Source: an uncultured Pseudobdellovibrionaceae bacterium (GTDB lineage: Bacteria > Bdellovibrionota > Bdellovibrionia > Bdellovibrionales > UBA1609). Taken from it: a stretch of DNA of 64,000 bases. A model generated the notes under the pieces. The model worked only from the letters and a program-made list of their open reading frames with translations. It made no database searches and was not told the DNA's origin. Both the position numbers and the translations under genes were made by a program. Shown piece by piece: positions 50,987-60,271 of the stretch; the first letter of the stretch is position 1; every line of letters begins with the position of its first letter. Location of the stretch: contig CAYHVK010000005.1 of assembly GCA_964360255.1 (NCBI GenBank), positions 24,233-88,232 on the forward strand, in the 5' to 3' direction.

Positions 50987-51954
50987 GCGGCTTCTTCAAA
51001 CAAAAACCTTTTGCAGTTCTTGACGGCGGTTTAGCCACGGCCATTGAAGCTAAAGGAGCTGACCTCAACCATCCACTTTGGTCGGCCAAAGTTTTAAAAG
51101 AAAACCCCGAATTTATATTCGATTCCCATTTCGAGTTTATGGAGGCCGGAGCCGACATCGTTCTTACTGCTTCCTATCAAGCCAGTGTTAAAGGCTTTAA
51201 AGATTATGGTCTCTACGACCGCGAAGCGCGAGAAACGATTTTCTCTTCTATAATGCTGGCTTGTTATGCTCGCGAAAAGTATGCCGAGCGCCAGAGGCAA
51301 AATAAAGAAGAACCAAGAAATATTTTGATTGGCGCTTCATGCGGCCCTTACGGAGCCACTTTAGCTGATGGCTCTGAGTACGCCGCGAGTTATATCGATC
51401 AGCAGACGGGGACGGTAAAAAAAGAAATCTCCGCTGATTTGGTCGACTACTATCAAACTAAAATTGAGATCTTGCTCGCTCCGCGAAAAAACTTTACCTG
51501 TAATTTTTTAGCATTCGAGACTTTGCCCGCAGCTATTGAAGCCCAGGTGATTGCTGCCATCATGAAAAAGTATCCGGGCGCCCGCTATTGGCTTTCGTTT
51601 TCAAATGCCCAAGAGGCGGAGCGGGCCATTAAAATATTAAGTACAAACCCCCAAGTGATCGGCTTTGGTCTGAATTGCATGAGCCCTGATCTTGCACTTG
51701 AAGCATTGCCTGCGCTGAAGGCTCAATTGGGCTCAAGCGCTGCGGCCTTAGTTGTTTACCCCAATAGCGGAAATGTTTTTGATCCGGTTCAAAAAGTTTG
51801 GGCCTCGGTAAAACCCAAAGCTTACGACTGGTCTGAATTCGCGAAAAAGGCCAACGAACTTGGCGCCACTGTCATTGGTGGTTGCTGCCAAACGACGACA
51901 AAAGAAATCAAAGCTATTTCTTCAGCGCTTTCTTATAAGCCACCACAGTTCTGA
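50983..51954 (+). CDS. mmuM: homocysteine S-methyltransferase
   Basis: Motifs LDGGLATAIE...LWSAKVL, NCMSP and GGCCQTT (zinc Cys ligands). The ATGA start overlaps the upstream stop. Confidence 0.88.
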   Translation: MSGFFKQKPFAVLDGGLATAIEAKGADLNHPLWSAKVLKENPEFIFDSHFEFMEAGADIVLTASYQASVKGFKDYGLYDREARETIFSSIMLACYAREKYAERQRQNKEEPRNILIGASCGPYGATLADGSEYAASYIDQQTGTVKKEISADLVDYYQTKIEILLAPRKNFTCNFLAFETLPAAIEAQVIAAIMKKYPGARYWLSFSNAQEAERAIKILSTNPQVIGFGLNCMSPDLALEALPALKAQLGSSAAALVVYPNSGNVFDPVQKVWASVKPKAYDWSEFAKKANELGATVIGGCCQTTTKEIKAISSALSYKPPQF

Positions 51955-53227
51955 TTCGCGCCATCGAGTGGTCGACAATTTGTTTTGGATATTTTGCAGT
52001 TTCAAATTCTGGAATCCATTTTTTAATATACTCGAATTTAGGATCAAACTTTTTCTGCTGTTGTTCAGGATTAAAAATTCTAAAATACGGAGCCGCATCG
52101 CAGCCCGTACCTGCCGACCACTGCCAGTTGCCATTGTTAGCTGATAAATCATAATCGAGAAGTTTCTCGGCAAAATAGCGCTCACCTTTACGCCAATCCA
52201 TCATTAAATCTTTAACTAAGAAGCTGGCCGTCACCATTCGTACACGATTGTGCATAAACCCGGTGGTATTCAACTCGCGCATACCTGCATCTACGAGCGC
52301 ATAGCCCGTGCGGCCCTCGCACCAAGCTTGAAACTCATCTGCGTTCACACGCCATTTAATATTATCGTACTCGGGTCTGAATGCTTTTTTTTCAACATGA
52401 GGAAAATGAAAAAGAATTTGCATAAAGAACTCGCGCCAAATGAGTTCGCTGAGCCAAGTTTCATTGTTTTTAATGGCGATCTGCACGCACTGTCTGACGC
52501 TGACAGTGCCAAAGCGAAGGTGAATTCCCAATCGTGAAGTGGCATCCAGAGCCGGAAAATCTCGAGTGCCATCATATTTTTTAATTAAAGACACATCAAA
52601 TTGAGGTGGCTCAAAAACCATATCTGTTTTTTTAAAATCAATATCGCTTAAATCAAGCCAGATTTTTTTCTTCGTCCGAAGAAGATTTTTAAAATCTGTA
52701 ACATAACTTTTGTAATCTGATGATCTTAAAGTTTTCAGCCATTTTTTCTTGTAAGGAGTAAAGACGGTGTAGGGCTGGCCATCATCTTTCGTCACTTCGT
52801 TTTTTTCAAAAATGACTTGGTCTTTAATTGAGTTAAATTCAATTCCTTTTGATTTTAAAAATTTTGCGATTTTTTCGTCTCGAGCAATAGTGCCTGGTTC
52901 GTAATCGCTAGCGCAAAAAACCTGTTCTACATTTTTTGTGGCGATAATTTTCTTCCACACCTCGAGAGGTGATCCGTAATAGAGATGCAATTGCGCACCC
53001 TGAGCCACTAACCGTTTCTGGATATCTGACAGTGCTTGATAAATAAAATCCACGCGCCGATCTGACTTGTCTTTTAGTTCTGAAAGTAGGTCATGATCGA
53101 AAATAAATAGCACTTGAACGGGGAGGCCACTTTTTAAGGCGGTCGAGAGGACGGCGCTATCTTCAAGACGCAAATCTCGTCTTATCCAGGCAATACTGAT
53201 CTTTGTACTGGCTTCTGTCGCACTCAC
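51914..53227 (-). CDS. deoxyribodipyrimidine photolyase / cryptochrome family protein
   Basis: Motifs IAWIRRDLRLEDS..., WREFF and NGNWQWSAGTGCDAAPYFRIFNP. The 3' end overlaps mmuM by 41 nt (convergent). Confidence 0.9.
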   Translation of the reverse strand: MSATEASTKISIAWIRRDLRLEDSAVLSTALKSGLPVQVLFIFDHDLLSELKDKSDRRVDFIYQALSDIQKRLVAQGAQLHLYYGSPLEVWKKIIATKNVEQVFCASDYEPGTIARDEKIAKFLKSKGIEFNSIKDQVIFEKNEVTKDDGQPYTVFTPYKKKWLKTLRSSDYKSYVTDFKNLLRTKKKIWLDLSDIDFKKTDMVFEPPQFDVSLIKKYDGTRDFPALDATSRLGIHLRFGTVSVRQCVQIAIKNNETWLSELIWREFFMQILFHFPHVEKKAFRPEYDNIKWRVNADEFQAWCEGRTGYALVDAGMRELNTTGFMHNRVRMVTASFLVKDLMMDWRKGERYFAEKLLDYDLSANNGNWQWSAGTGCDAAPYFRIFNPEQQQKKFDPKFEYIKKWIPEFETAKYPKQIVDHSMARIRTVVAYKKALKK

Positions 53228-53350
53228 TTGGGCCTCCGTCTAGGGTAAATTAGTCTGAATCGTGAAACTGGTCACGACCTTTATCGAACTTTTACAAATA
53301 AAAATGTGCGCTCGAACGAATTCTGAAAAAATAAGAAGACGAGGTAATTT

Positions 53351-54172
53351 ATGAAATCTTTAATTGCTGTATTAGCTTTGTCATTTACTTTTGTCGTCAC
53401 CAGCGCCCACGCCGAAGAGTACTCGGCGGTCTCTGTGATTGATTCGCATGCTCGAAGTGTCGCTTCAGAGAGCATGGCCCTCGATGTGAGCCAAGTGCGT
53501 GATCGCCCTTTTACGGTTCAGGTGGCTTCACACTTAAATGAATTAAATGCCATTGAACATGTTGAGCGTTTAAAAGGTGAAGGCTTTAGCGCCTTTTATT
53601 ATCCAAATTTTATAAAGAACCAAGTTCTCTTTAAAGTTTGCAGCGGTCGCTTCGCCAATCAAAATGAGGCTGAAGCTTATCGCGCTGAGTTTATCAAAAC
53701 TACGAGTGAAAACTTATCGGTCGTCGCCTCTCTTCTTTCTCGTCCAGGTTCTGATGCCGTGGCCACTCAAGCCTTACTGAAAGGAATCAAAAAAGCAGAA
53801 AAAGAAATGGACGACAACTATCGTGGCGATGTGAAGCAAGAGCGTGCCGAGAGCACTAAAGTTAAACAGAATCGCGCGATTGCCTCGGTGGCAACAGCGG
53901 CAGCAACTATTGCTACGGAAGCGGGTAAAAAAGTTTACTCACTTCAAGTTGCAGCCTTCCCGAACGAAGAGCTGGCGAAAGAGAACGTTAAGAAAGCTGA
54001 AAAAGAAGTGAAGGGCTACGAAGTGTTTTATCGCGCCACTCAAGTGGATGGTAAGACTTGGTATCGTCTTTTCATCGGTCGTTTTAATGAATATCAAGCG
54101 GCGAATGATGCGAAAAAGTCTATGCCTGCAGAAAAATACCCAAGCCCAATCGTACGCAAACTTTTCGAGTAA
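53351..54172 (+). CDS. secreted protein with two SPOR-like (peptidoglycan-binding) domains
   Basis: Signal peptide. Two units of the form F/YxxQVAxxxN...A......L......F........YRVxxGRFxxxxEA (FTVQVASHLNE..., YSLQVAAFPNE...WYRLFIGRFNEYQAA). Confidence 0.8.
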   Translation: MKSLIAVLALSFTFVVTSAHAEEYSAVSVIDSHARSVASESMALDVSQVRDRPFTVQVASHLNELNAIEHVERLKGEGFSAFYYPNFIKNQVLFKVCSGRFANQNEAEAYRAEFIKTTSENLSVVASLLSRPGSDAVATQALLKGIKKAEKEMDDNYRGDVKQERAESTKVKQNRAIASVATAAATIATEAGKKVYSLQVAAFPNEELAKENVKKAEKEVKGYEVFYRATQVDGKTWYRLFIGRFNEYQAANDAKKSMPAEKYPSPIVRKLFE

Positions 54173-54190
54173 TGATCAAGCGGAGTTTCT

Positions 54191-54631
54191 ATGTCAGATC
54201 CAAAAAAAGAACTTCGTGATCGTCTTACGCCTGAGCAGTTTCAAGTGACACAAAATGATGCGACCGAAGCTCCCTTTAATAATGCTTACTGGGATAATAA
54301 AAGAGACGGTATCTACGTGGATGTAGTGAGCGGCGAGCCACTTTTCTCATCCATTGATAAATACGATTCAGGTTCTGGTTGGCCTAGCTTTACGCGACCA
54401 CTTGTTAAAGACAACGTGGTTGAAAAGCCCGATCATAAGCTTTTTGTTCAACGCGTAGAGATTCGCTCTAAAAAAGCGGACTCTCATTTAGGCCACGTTT
54501 TTGAAGATGGCCCGGTGGAAGAGACAGGACTTCGTTATTGTATGAATTCTGCAGCCCTGCGTTTTATACCTAAAGAAGATCTTGAAAAAGAAGGCTATGG
54601 CCAATTCGCAAAACTTTTCGCAAAGAAATAG
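54191..54631 (+). CDS. msrB: peptide-methionine (R)-S-oxide reductase
   Basis: Motifs [17 protein letters not shown] and RYCMNSAAL. Confidence 0.95.
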   Translation: MSDPKKELRDRLTPEQFQVTQNDATEAPFNNAYWDNKRDGIYVDVVSGEPLFSSIDKYDSGSGWPSFTRPLVKDNVVEKPDHKLFVQRVEIRSKKADSHLGHVFEDGPVEETGLRYCMNSAALRFIPKEDLEKEGYGQFAKLFAKK

Positions 54632-54638
54632 GTGATTT

Positions 54639-55127
54639 ATGGCTACTGAAAAAGCAACTTTAGCCGCCGGCTGTTTTTGGGGTGTGCAACATCTCCTCGA
54701 TGAAATTCCGGGCGTGATTTCTACAAAGTGCGGGTACATCGGTGGTCAAACGAATGATCCGACCTACAAGCAGATTTGTGAAGGCGACACGAACCATGCC
54801 GAAGCGGTTGAAGTGACGTTTGACCCAGATAAAGTTTCTTATGAAACTATTCTCTCTTACTTCTGGCGCCTCCATGACCCCACTCAGCTCAATCGTCAAG
54901 GCCCAGATCACGGCACTCAATACCGCTCGGCCATTTTCTATCATTCGCCTGAGCAGAAAGAGAAGGCTGAGAAGTCTAAGGCTGAATTTGATAAGAGCCT
55001 GGTTTTTACACGCCCAGCAGTCACTCAAATTGTGCCCGCTCCCACTTTTTATAAGGCTGAAGAGTACCATCAGGATTATTTTAATAAAAACGGTGGCCCT
55101 ATCTGCCATATTTACCGTCCTCGTTAG
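54639..55127 (+). CDS. msrA: peptide-methionine (S)-S-oxide reductase
   Basis: Catalytic motif GCFWGV, plus GHAEAV, DPTQLNRQGPD.GTQYRSAIF. Confidence 0.95.
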   Translation: MATEKATLAAGCFWGVQHLLDEIPGVISTKCGYIGGQTNDPTYKQICEGDTNHAEAVEVTFDPDKVSYETILSYFWRLHDPTQLNRQGPDHGTQYRSAIFYHSPEQKEKAEKSKAEFDKSLVFTRPAVTQIVPAPTFYKAEEYHQDYFNKNGGPICHIYRPR

Positions 55128-55165
55128 CCCTTGATGGCTGAAACGGGCTGTGACATAGTGTCGTA

Positions 55166-55714
55166 ATGTCTAAAAAGCGGACTCAAAAACTACCTAAGGC
55201 CCTTGCTGCTAAAGTAAAGCCGCTCAAAGCTTTATTGCTGGATTGCGACGGTATCTTAACGGATGCGAAAGTTTGGTATGGCGGAGACGGTTCTTGGCGC
55301 CGTTCATATTCAATCCGCGACGGCTTTGGTCTTAAAAAATTGATCGATGCCGGCTTCACAGTGGGTATTATTACTTCATCAGCCACTGAAGATATTCGTG
55401 AGCGGGTCGCCAGCCTTAAAATTCCACATTTTTATGAAGGCCGCTTTGATAAGGTAAACGCCTTCAATGATTTTAAAAAGAAAACTGGTTTTAAAAATAA
55501 CGAAGTGGCTTATATGGGCGATGATGACCCAGATGTTCCACTTCTTGAAATCGTCGGTTTTGCGGCTACGGTGGCAGATGCATTGCCATCAGCCTTAAAC
55601 GCAGTTGATTATGTCACTCAAAATAAAGGTGGCGACGGCGGCGTTCGTGAAGTCTGCGAGCTTATTATTGAAAATTCAAAACTCTATAGGAGCCTAATAA
55701 ATGCAAAAGTTTGA
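55166..55714 (+). CDS. kdsC: KDO 8-phosphate phosphatase (HAD-IIIA)
   Basis: Motifs LLLDCDGILTD, GIITSS, YMGDDDPD and GGDGGVREVCELI. Immediately upstream of kdsA and overlapping it. Confidence 0.85.
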   Translation: MSKKRTQKLPKALAAKVKPLKALLLDCDGILTDAKVWYGGDGSWRRSYSIRDGFGLKKLIDAGFTVGIITSSATEDIRERVASLKIPHFYEGRFDKVNAFNDFKKKTGFKNNEVAYMGDDDPDVPLLEIVGFAATVADALPSALNAVDYVTQNKGGDGGVREVCELIIENSKLYRSLINAKV

Positions 55715-56552
55715 AGCCTTAAAAAAGCCCGTATCAGCAAAAATCGCAGGACAAACAATCACGTGGGGAGCGGCCGATAATTTCGTTCTCTTCGGCGGCC
55801 CCGATATCGTTGAAGATGAAGGCCTTGTTATGGAAGTGGCGCAAGAGCTGAAAAAAGTGACCACAGAGATGGGTATTCCTTGGATTTTGAAATGCTCTTA
55901 TGACAAAGCCAACCGTCAAAGCGCAAAAAACTTTCGTGGCCCGGGCGTTGATAATGCTTTGCAAATTCTCTCACGTATTAAAGCTAAAGTCGGTTGTGGT
56001 TTATTAACTGACGTTCACGAAACAATTCAAGTTGAAGGCGTTGCCGAAGTGGCCGACGTGATTCAAATCCCAGCGTTCTTATGTCGTCAGACTGACCTCG
56101 TTGTGGCCGTAGCTAAAACTGGCAAAACAATGCACATCAAAAAGGGTCAGTTTATGGCTCCGTGGGATATGGCCGCTGTTGTAGCGAAAGCCGTTGATGC
56201 AGGTAACGACAAAATTCTTCTCTGCGATCGCGGAACATCGTTCGGTTACAACCGTTTGATCAACGATATGATTGGTCTAGTAGAGATGAGAAAGACGGGC
56301 TTCCCGGTGATTATGGATATCACCCACTCAACGCAGTTGCCGGGTGCTCAAGGCACATCAAGCGGTGGTCAGAAGGGTATGCAGCCTGTTCTCGCCCGCG
56401 CTTCGATGGCGGTCGGTGTGGATGGTATTTTCTTAGAGACTCATCCAAATCCAGATGAAGCTTTATGTGATGGACCAACGTCGATTCCACTTAAAGATAT
56501 GGCGCCATTATTAAAATCATTGAAAAGTATTTGGGCTACACACCAACTGTAA
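55701..56552 (+). CDS. kdsA: 2-dehydro-3-deoxyphosphooctonate aldolase (KDO-8-P synthase)
   Basis: Motifs ILKCSYDKANRQS, IQIPAFLCRQTDL, CDRGTSFGY and DITHS. Confidence 0.95.
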   Translation: MQKFEALKKPVSAKIAGQTITWGAADNFVLFGGPDIVEDEGLVMEVAQELKKVTTEMGIPWILKCSYDKANRQSAKNFRGPGVDNALQILSRIKAKVGCGLLTDVHETIQVEGVAEVADVIQIPAFLCRQTDLVVAVAKTGKTMHIKKGQFMAPWDMAAVVAKAVDAGNDKILLCDRGTSFGYNRLINDMIGLVEMRKTGFPVIMDITHSTQLPGAQGTSSGGQKGMQPVLARASMAVGVDGIFLETHPNPDEALCDGPTSIPLKDMAPLLKSLKSIWATHQL

Positions 56553-56608
56553 CAATTTGAATAACTGCGCGATGTTAACAACGGTTCCGTTACATCTGCT
56601 TAACGCCC

Positions 56609-56678
56609 ACAGACGACGGTAGCTATTGGGGCCAATGGGGTTTTTTTGGGCGTTTGCCCACTATCTAACGTCGTCTGT
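56609..56678. terminator. long imperfect inverted repeat between convergent genes (terminator-like)
   Basis: The 22-nt arms ACAGACGACGGTAGCTATTGGG and CCCACTATCTAACGTCGTCTGT pair at 19 of 22 positions. The loop holds an inner T7 run and a TGGGC-gttt-GCCCA hairpin. Confidence 0.45.
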
Positions 56679-56738
56679 AAGTGTCAAAAAATGATTATGA
56701 AATGATGATTAAGTAAAAAATAAGTCGCATCGTCGCGA

Positions 56739-57905
56739 CTATTCAAGCGCGGCTTCGCAAGCTGCATCTTTAACAAAGCGGAGCGTAGATGTCGCGACTT
56801 TTTTCGCGATTTCAGCAGATGCAAGAATGTCGATATGACCGACGCCCTCAAGTAGAACCTGCTTAAGTTTGCGTTTCTTAGCCAGTTCTTTCTGCTCGCG
56901 TAAAAGAGCTAAAGAATCATCTTCGGCGCTTACAAGTAAAGTCGGGATTCTAGATTTATAATAAAGAATTTTAGATTCTAACCACTGGCTTAAAGCCACA
57001 TAGCTGATCTCGCCATCTTCAGAGACATAACCATTCAGCCTTAAGGCGCGCATTTGACGATTTAAAGTGTCAGGCACATTTGAGCCATCGAGATAATAAA
57101 CATCAATAAATTCTTGCGGTGATATATTTTCAAGATTGATAAGTCCATGCAAAGTGCCGAGCTGGCGAAGAGATATATAGTTCGCCGTTAAGCGCAAATT
57201 TTTATGCAAAAGACCGAATGGAATATGATGCGAAATTGTATCTGAATGATCATTCTTAAGATTGAATAAACTAGTTAACGGCTCAAGTAAAAAACCACCT
57301 AAGATTTCGCGAGTGTTCAAACTGAGTGGGCTGGCAATCGGAATAAACGCCTTCACTAATTTCTCAAGGCGCTTCGCACGCTGAATATCAATTACAAGTT
57401 TGCCAGAGGCATCTTTTGTTAGGCCCGCAAATGCCAAGTGAGCCATCATTCCGCCCATAGAATGGCCTTGATAAATAATTTTACGACCACCAGATTCACG
57501 GGAGACAAATTGAATTAAAGCGGGAACATCAAAAGTTGGTAGATTTTCAAACAACATTTTCTTGTCAGATTCGGGACTTGCAATTTCAAGAGATTGAAAA
57601 GGAGGCTGACCGTGCCCCCGCCAGTTGGCTAAAAATACTCGGTGACCTTTTTTACGATAAATTTCGGCCACATTGCGAAACGAGTTCCAGTTGCTTGTGT
57701 AACCATGAACCAAAAGCATAGGTTCGCCCTCAGTCATCGGTTGATCGTTTTTGTCTAACAACTCAAGAACATGAAGGCCAATGCCGTCTTCAGTTTTTAC
57801 CTGATGGTGCTTGGCATGTCGGTAATGGATCTCGCTGGCGAAAACAGAAGTCGATTCAAAAAAACTGATGGCTAAAACAGCCACTAAAAATAAATATTTG
57901 CTCAT
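56739..57905 (-). CDS. secreted alpha/beta-hydrolase (lipase/esterase-like)
   Basis: Signal peptide. Nucleophile elbow GHSMGG. HGYTSN oxyanion region. C-terminal GVGHIDIL (catalytic His context). Confidence 0.8.
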   Translation of the reverse strand: MSKYLFLVAVLAISFFESTSVFASEIHYRHAKHHQVKTEDGIGLHVLELLDKNDQPMTEGEPMLLVHGYTSNWNSFRNVAEIYRKKGHRVFLANWRGHGQPPFQSLEIASPESDKKMLFENLPTFDVPALIQFVSRESGGRKIIYQGHSMGGMMAHLAFAGLTKDASGKLVIDIQRAKRLEKLVKAFIPIASPLSLNTREILGGFLLEPLTSLFNLKNDHSDTISHHIPFGLLHKNLRLTANYISLRQLGTLHGLINLENISPQEFIDVYYLDGSNVPDTLNRQMRALRLNGYVSEDGEISYVALSQWLESKILYYKSRIPTLLVSAEDDSLALLREQKELAKKRKLKQVLLEGVGHIDILASAEIAKKVATSTLRFVKDAACEAALE

Positions 57906-57941
57906 AGAGTAGTTATAGTCAGACCTGAGGTTTTTTTAAAG

Positions 57942-59048
57942 TCAGTTTGAAAAAATGTTACTTTTTTTAGCGAGCCAATATCTTGATAAAAAACCGACGT
58001 CAGATGTGATCAGTTGCAATCCAGAGGCATTTAATAGGGGCTCTATCGGAGTCTTAATGTAATTCGTATAAAAGGGTTCATGAAACTGCTGGGGGAACTC
58101 AACTAAAAATTGATCTAACTCAGTGCGATCACCCAATTGAATGCTATCAACCGCCGCAAAATAGCCACCAGGTTTTAGTAAACGCGAAGCTTCAGCAATG
58201 ACTTTTTGGCGAACGTCAGACGGAAGCTCATGAAATAAGAAAACGCAAAAAACTAAATCGAAACTTTCATCTTTAAATGGCGTTTGAGCGGCATCAGCTT
58301 TAACAAAATCAATTTGCTCAAGGTCAGCTAATTTTTTCTGCGCTACTTTTAGATAAGGCTGGCTTATGTCACTCACGGTCACTTGGCTATTTTCAAAAGC
58401 CAGTTTAACGAAACGAGAAGCGCGGCCTGTTCCGCTAGCCATTTCTAAAACTTTGAGGGCGGCATTTTCGCCCACCCCATCTGTGGCTAGGGCTTGCTTG
58501 AGAGGTCTAATAAAAAGTCGGCGCATGGCATCGGCCATGCCTGTGAAAAGAAGTTCTACTTGGTGTTCGTAAAGCTCCGCCGATTCGGTCGACAAATAAC
58601 CATCTGTCTGAAAATGAAAATTACGCGTGTAATATTCTGGCAAGCCAGCGGCATTTTTCTGAGCCTCTTTTGAGAACTTTTTAGTGGCTTTTTTATTGCG
58701 ACGCCAGCTGATTTGTAGGCCGTCCCATAAAATCTGGGGGATGCGAAGCAAATGTTGAAAAATAGGTTCGGGTTTTAAAACTGAAGGCGGATAAATTCCT
58801 AAGGCAATATTCTCAGAGTCCGCTTCAACCAGAGCTTTCACTTCATTCTTAAGTAGCTCAAGGCTTTTTTTATCAAGAGGCTTAGCCATATTCTGAGTCA
58901 AGGGCAGCCAGCGAGCGGCATTTGAGAGCACCTGCATTTGCATAAAGTAATGTACAGCTCGAAGAGCTGAGAAGCCCTGTATCGGGTATTTCATCCAGTT
59001 CTGAGGGAAGCCAGCTGGTTTATTGAGGAGGCTTTTGCCTTCGTTCAT
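57942..59048 (-). CDS. class I SAM-dependent methyltransferase
   Basis: SAM motif I VLEMASGTGRASRF, an acidic residue after beta-2 (VSDIS), and LKPGGYF. Confidence 0.8.
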   Translation of the reverse strand: MNEGKSLLNKPAGFPQNWMKYPIQGFSALRAVHYFMQMQVLSNAARWLPLTQNMAKPLDKKSLELLKNEVKALVEADSENIALGIYPPSVLKPEPIFQHLLRIPQILWDGLQISWRRNKKATKKFSKEAQKNAAGLPEYYTRNFHFQTDGYLSTESAELYEHQVELLFTGMADAMRRLFIRPLKQALATDGVGENAALKVLEMASGTGRASRFVKLAFENSQVTVSDISQPYLKVAQKKLADLEQIDFVKADAAQTPFKDESFDLVFCVFLFHELPSDVRQKVIAEASRLLKPGGYFAAVDSIQLGDRTELDQFLVEFPQQFHEPFYTNYIKTPIEPLLNASGLQLITSDVGFLSRYWLAKKSNIFSN

Positions 59049-59093
59049 AATACAAGTTTACTCCTCTGCGAGTTTTATGTACAGCCTATTACC

Positions 59094-60266
59094 ATGAGTT
59101 TACTCGAGCATTCGGCTCAAACCCGTACATTTATTGATCGTTATTTTCCGCAAACAACTATTGACCAGTGGAATGACTGGAAGTGGCAAATTCGCCACCA
59201 AATCAAAACAGCCGCTGAGCTTTCGCGTTTTATTACGCTCACTGAAAACGAAAAAACGGCATTGGCCCGCGCCGATAAATTTTCTTTCGCTATTAATCCT
59301 TACACCGTTAGTCTTCTTGAAAATGATCCGGCAGGAGCCATCCGCCGCACCCTAGTGGCGGTTGAAGAAGAGTGGATGAATACCGAAGGCGAAAGCGAAG
59401 ATCCGCTGGGTGAAGACCCCCATCGCCCGGTGAAAGCGATTGTTCATCGCTACCCAGACCGAGTTCTATTTTTAGCTACAGGCTTTTGCGCTGTTTACTG
59501 TCGCTATTGCACACGCTCACGTCTCGTCGGTGATGCCGCCCAATACAAATCTGAGATGAAAGCTTGGCAGGATGGCTTTGATTATATTCGTAAAAACCCT
59601 GAAATTAGAGATGTGCTAATTACGGGTGGTGATCCGCTGACTTTATCTGATGAAAAATTAGATTTTATTTTAAAAGAAATTCGCTCCATTCCTCACGTAG
59701 AGTTTATTCGCATCGGTACAAAGGTTCCATTTGCGCTTCCGCAAAGAATTACCCCTGAGCTTTGTGCAGTTTTAAAAAAGTACCATCCACTTTATTTAAG
59801 CGTTCATGTAATTCACCCACGTGAAGTGACAACAGAAAGCCGTCAGGCCTGTGAGCGCTTAGCCGATGCGGGCTTACCTCTCGGGAGTCAGACCGTGCTT
59901 TTAAAAGGCATTAACGACAATGTCGAAGTGCTTAAAAAATTAATGCATGAACTTTTAAAAGTCCGCGTGAAACCTTATTATCTTTTTCACTGTGACCCGG
60001 TAGCGGGCAGTGGGCATTTAAGAACTTCGGTGCAAAAAGGCTTAGAGATGATCGAAGGACTTCGTGGTCACACCACGGGCTATGCGGTTCCGCACTATGC
60101 TTTAGATATGGCGGGGTCAGGCGGTAAAGCTGCGCTTGTGCCTGAATCTGTTGTTGGTGAAGAGCAGCGAGCGACCCAAGATGGACACGGCTCACAACGT
60201 TTTCTTAAGATCCGCAATTTCCGTGGTGAAACTCATTTATACCCGGATGGATTCGACGAACTCTAA
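59094..60266 (+). CDS. KamA-family radical SAM enzyme (lysine 2,3-aminomutase-like)
   Basis: CAVYCRYCTRS (CxxxCxxC), ITGGDPL and the overall KamA layout. Confidence 0.88.
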   Translation: MSLLEHSAQTRTFIDRYFPQTTIDQWNDWKWQIRHQIKTAAELSRFITLTENEKTALARADKFSFAINPYTVSLLENDPAGAIRRTLVAVEEEWMNTEGESEDPLGEDPHRPVKAIVHRYPDRVLFLATGFCAVYCRYCTRSRLVGDAAQYKSEMKAWQDGFDYIRKNPEIRDVLITGGDPLTLSDEKLDFILKEIRSIPHVEFIRIGTKVPFALPQRITPELCAVLKKYHPLYLSVHVIHPREVTTESRQACERLADAGLPLGSQTVLLKGINDNVEVLKKLMHELLKVRVKPYYLFHCDPVAGSGHLRTSVQKGLEMIEGLRGHTTGYAVPHYALDMAGSGGKAALVPESVVGEEQRATQDGHGSQRFLKIRNFRGETHLYPDGFDEL

Positions 60267-60271
60267 AATTA

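Noticed and set aside
54660-55134. 149-aa antisense ORF and 104-aa alternative-frame ORF over msrA
   Set aside because: msrA is unambiguous (GCFWGV and full-length similarity pattern). The others have no start context or motifs.
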